Source: an uncultured virus (IMG/VR IMGVR_UViG_3300023179_000084) (Duplodnaviria; Heunggongvirae; Uroviricota; Caudoviricetes). Taken from it: DNA of 64,000 bases. The notes under the pieces were generated by a model that saw nothing but the letters and a program-made list of their open reading frames with translations, did no database searches and was not told where the DNA came from. How positions within the stretch are numbered: the first letter of the stretch is position 1; every line of letters begins with the position of its first letter. The stretch lies in the IMG/VR virus record IMGVR_UViG_3300023179_000084. One strand, 5' to 3'. Shown here piece by piece: positions 62,310 to 64,000 of the stretch. Both the position numbers and the translations under genes were made by a program.

Positions 62310-62660
62310 ATGAAAGTAGTCATTAATAGTGACTATGGTGGTTTCGGCCTTAGTAGCGAAGCAATGGAGTTTATTGCCACCCGCAAAGGCTGGAACTATC
62401 AAATAAGCGATTACTACGAGCGTTGGTGGGAGCCTCAATCAGATAGTATTGAGTATAATGTATTTGGTGCTCAAATCTGGGACGTAGACCTACCACGCAC
62501 TGATAGAGACCTTGTTGACTGCGTAGAACTACTAAGTGACAGATCATGGGGTAGAAATGCGGCACTTAAGGTTGTTGAAGTTCCTGATGAAGTTGAGTGG
62601 CATATTCAAGAGCATGACGGACGTGAGTGGATAGCAGAAGATCATAGGACATGGATGTAA
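62310..62660 (+). CDS. Conserved phage protein
   Basis: MKVVIN..GGFGLS...LKVVEVPD...EHDGREWIAE. Confidence 0.65.
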   Translation: MKVVINSDYGGFGLSSEAMEFIATRKGWNYQISDYYERWWEPQSDSIEYNVFGAQIWDVDLPRTDRDLVDCVELLSDRSWGRNAALKVVEVPDEVEWHIQEHDGREWIAEDHRTWM

Positions 62661-63488
62661 TGGAAACAATTGAACTAGATCTAACCGATAGTGAATTTTT
62701 AGAGCTAGCAAAACTAGCACACAATCAAGACGTTACCTTTAACCAATTGGTAAATAATATGCTAGCAGATGCTGTAAGCTTAGACCTAGCACACAATCGC
62801 TTTGAAAAGATTGTTAATCAAATTATACTAGCAACATGAATAAACAATTAGCTAAAGAATTTTATACTAAATCATTTAGTCGCTGGGCTAAAGCTGAACC
62901 TATTTTGCCAGAAGTATTTATGCAGTTGGTTGTAGAAGAGTGTATTAGGGTAATTGAAAATACTAAAGGGCCTAGTAAAATTATGGCCATACAAAATATC
63001 AAGCAACATTTTGGACTAACTCAAGATCAAAATGAGAATATTTAAGTATAATGAGTATGAGGATCAAGAACCTACCCTAGTTACTGAGCAAGAAATTCGT
63101 GCTAACTACTGGCCTTACTGGTATAACGAAATGTGTGCTAAGCACGGTAAAGAACTAGTAGATACTAAATTTACCTTTGATGACTGTATCTATGCCTGGA
63201 TTATTGAGAACTGGGCCTGGGAGGTTAAATAGTGAATATTAAATTTAAGGCACTAGCAGATGAGTGTGGTTTTTGTCTCTGGACAGATGAATCGTGGAGA
63301 CCCAAAGATCAGATTATCGACTGGTCTACCAACTATGACAAAGAGTTTGAAAAGTATAGCGAAGAGCTAGTTCGTTGGGTTATTCTATGCTGTGAAAGCA
63401 ATCAGCTTGCACAGCAAAGTGGTAACCTTAAACAAAACTGGACTACTAAAACTTTGCAAGACTTTGGTTTAGCGAAAAAAATTTAGTC

Positions 63489-63517
63489 TTGAACTAATAA
63501 CCTAAACACTGTATAAT
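63489..63517 (+). promoter_or_regulatory. sigma70-type promoter driving the ncRNA cluster
   Basis: TTGAAC-17-TATAAT. Confidence 0.75.
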
Positions 63518-63522
63518 ATATA

Positions 63523-63644
63523 TTATGGCTAGTGAGGAACACAAGATCCGCAAGGATTGACAGCTTTAAATGACATTTTGCCCTACCAAATAAATAATTA
63601 TTTATCCTATACAAAATGTGCATTGTAGCGACCACCTGCCATAA
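63523..63644 (+). ncRNA. Putative structured ncRNA (unknown)
   Basis: TTATGGC/GCCATAA closing stem; GATCC-GCAA-GGATT hairpin; ACATTTTG/CAAAATGT stem. Confidence 0.5.
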
Positions 63645-63648
63645 CCAA

Positions 63649-63747
63649 ATCCTCTGATGAGCTGTTGCAATACAGTGAAACCCTAAACCCACTAAGCAGT
63701 TGCTGTGTATTTCAATCTACACACCTGCTGCGGTTTAGGGTAAGGAT
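63649..63747 (+). ncRNA. Type I hammerhead ribozyme
   Basis: ATCCT-CTGATGA-GCTGT/ACAGT-GAAA-CCCTAAACC/GGTTTAGGG-TA-AGGAT. Confidence 0.88.
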
Positions 63748-63750
63748 ACA

Positions 63751-63775
63751 AGCCAGCTAAGCTGGCTATTTTTTT
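63751..63775 (+). terminator. Rho-independent terminator
   Basis: AGCCAGC-TAA-GCTGGCT followed by A and T7. Confidence 0.8.
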
Positions 63776-63779
63776 CTAG

Positions 63780-63933
63780 TAAAATAATTTTTATGGCTCT
63801 GTGCAAAATGTTTGACTAACAGCCCGACTACTAGGGTAAAACAGAATCCGTGATGTAGCCTAGTCAACTGCAACCAAGCACGGAGAGACATTAGTCTCTT
63901 AAACAGGTAGTAGTAGCCATAAAAATTATTTTA
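63780..63933 (+). ncRNA. Putative structured ncRNA closed by a 19-bp perfect inverted repeat
   Basis: TAAAATAATTTTTATGGCT / AGCCATAAAAATTATTTTA plus internal stems. Confidence 0.55.
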
Positions 63934-63934
63934 T

Positions 63935-64000
63935 CTCGGGGTAGTTCCAATTGGTAGAACACTGGTCTCCAAAACCATATGTTGGCGGTTCGAATCCGTC
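63935..64000 (+). tRNA. tRNA-Trp (CCA), truncated by the window end
   Basis: GTAGTTCCAATTGGTAGAAC...TGGTCTCCAAAACCA...GGTTCGAATCC. Confidence 0.88.

Noticed and set aside
63523..63644. c-di-GMP-I riboswitch
   Set aside because: A GNRA hairpin is present, but the GCAAA/GACGCAAAG core is not, and no gene follows.
63483..63692. 69-aa minus-strand ORF
   Set aside because: Antisense to a promoter and hammerhead in a plus-strand region.
63780..63933. RNase P RNA, group I core, twister or pistol ribozyme
   Set aside because: Only short look-alike words (ACAGAATCCG, GACTAA/TTAGTC); the required conserved elements are missing or out of order.

Overview
About 64 kb of an AT-rich lytic bacteriophage genome with a T5-like (Demerecviridae-like) replication block; the host is probably a proteobacterium (inference). 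1-24972 (+) holds a mosaic array of fibre genes: G-X-Q collagen-like proteins, Mtd-N-like anchors, glycine-rich tips and 'MAHYA' chaperones, some of them broken relics. These are followed by two 2OG-Fe(II) oxygenases, a glycosyltransferase, a lysis cassette, phoH and a class III nucleotide cyclase. 25013-47367 (-) holds nrdJ, dut and the T5-like D15/D14/D13/D12/D11/D10/pol/primase/helicase/D5/split ligase/PC4/D3 block. 47400-64000 is an accessory region with 7 tRNAs, uvsE, sHsp, SleB-like hydrolase, thyX, many consensus sigma70 promoters and several structured RNAs. Main discovery: a permuted (two-piece) tmRNA gene (tag ANDEVYALAA, G3.U70 acceptor) whose excised intervening segment carries a complete HNH endonuclease gene. 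Also notable are a type I hammerhead ribozyme between two unexplained structured RNAs upstream of tRNA-Trp, a ROSE-like thermometer, and a repeated pseudoknot motif. All protein calls come from motif recognition by eye; no searches were run.
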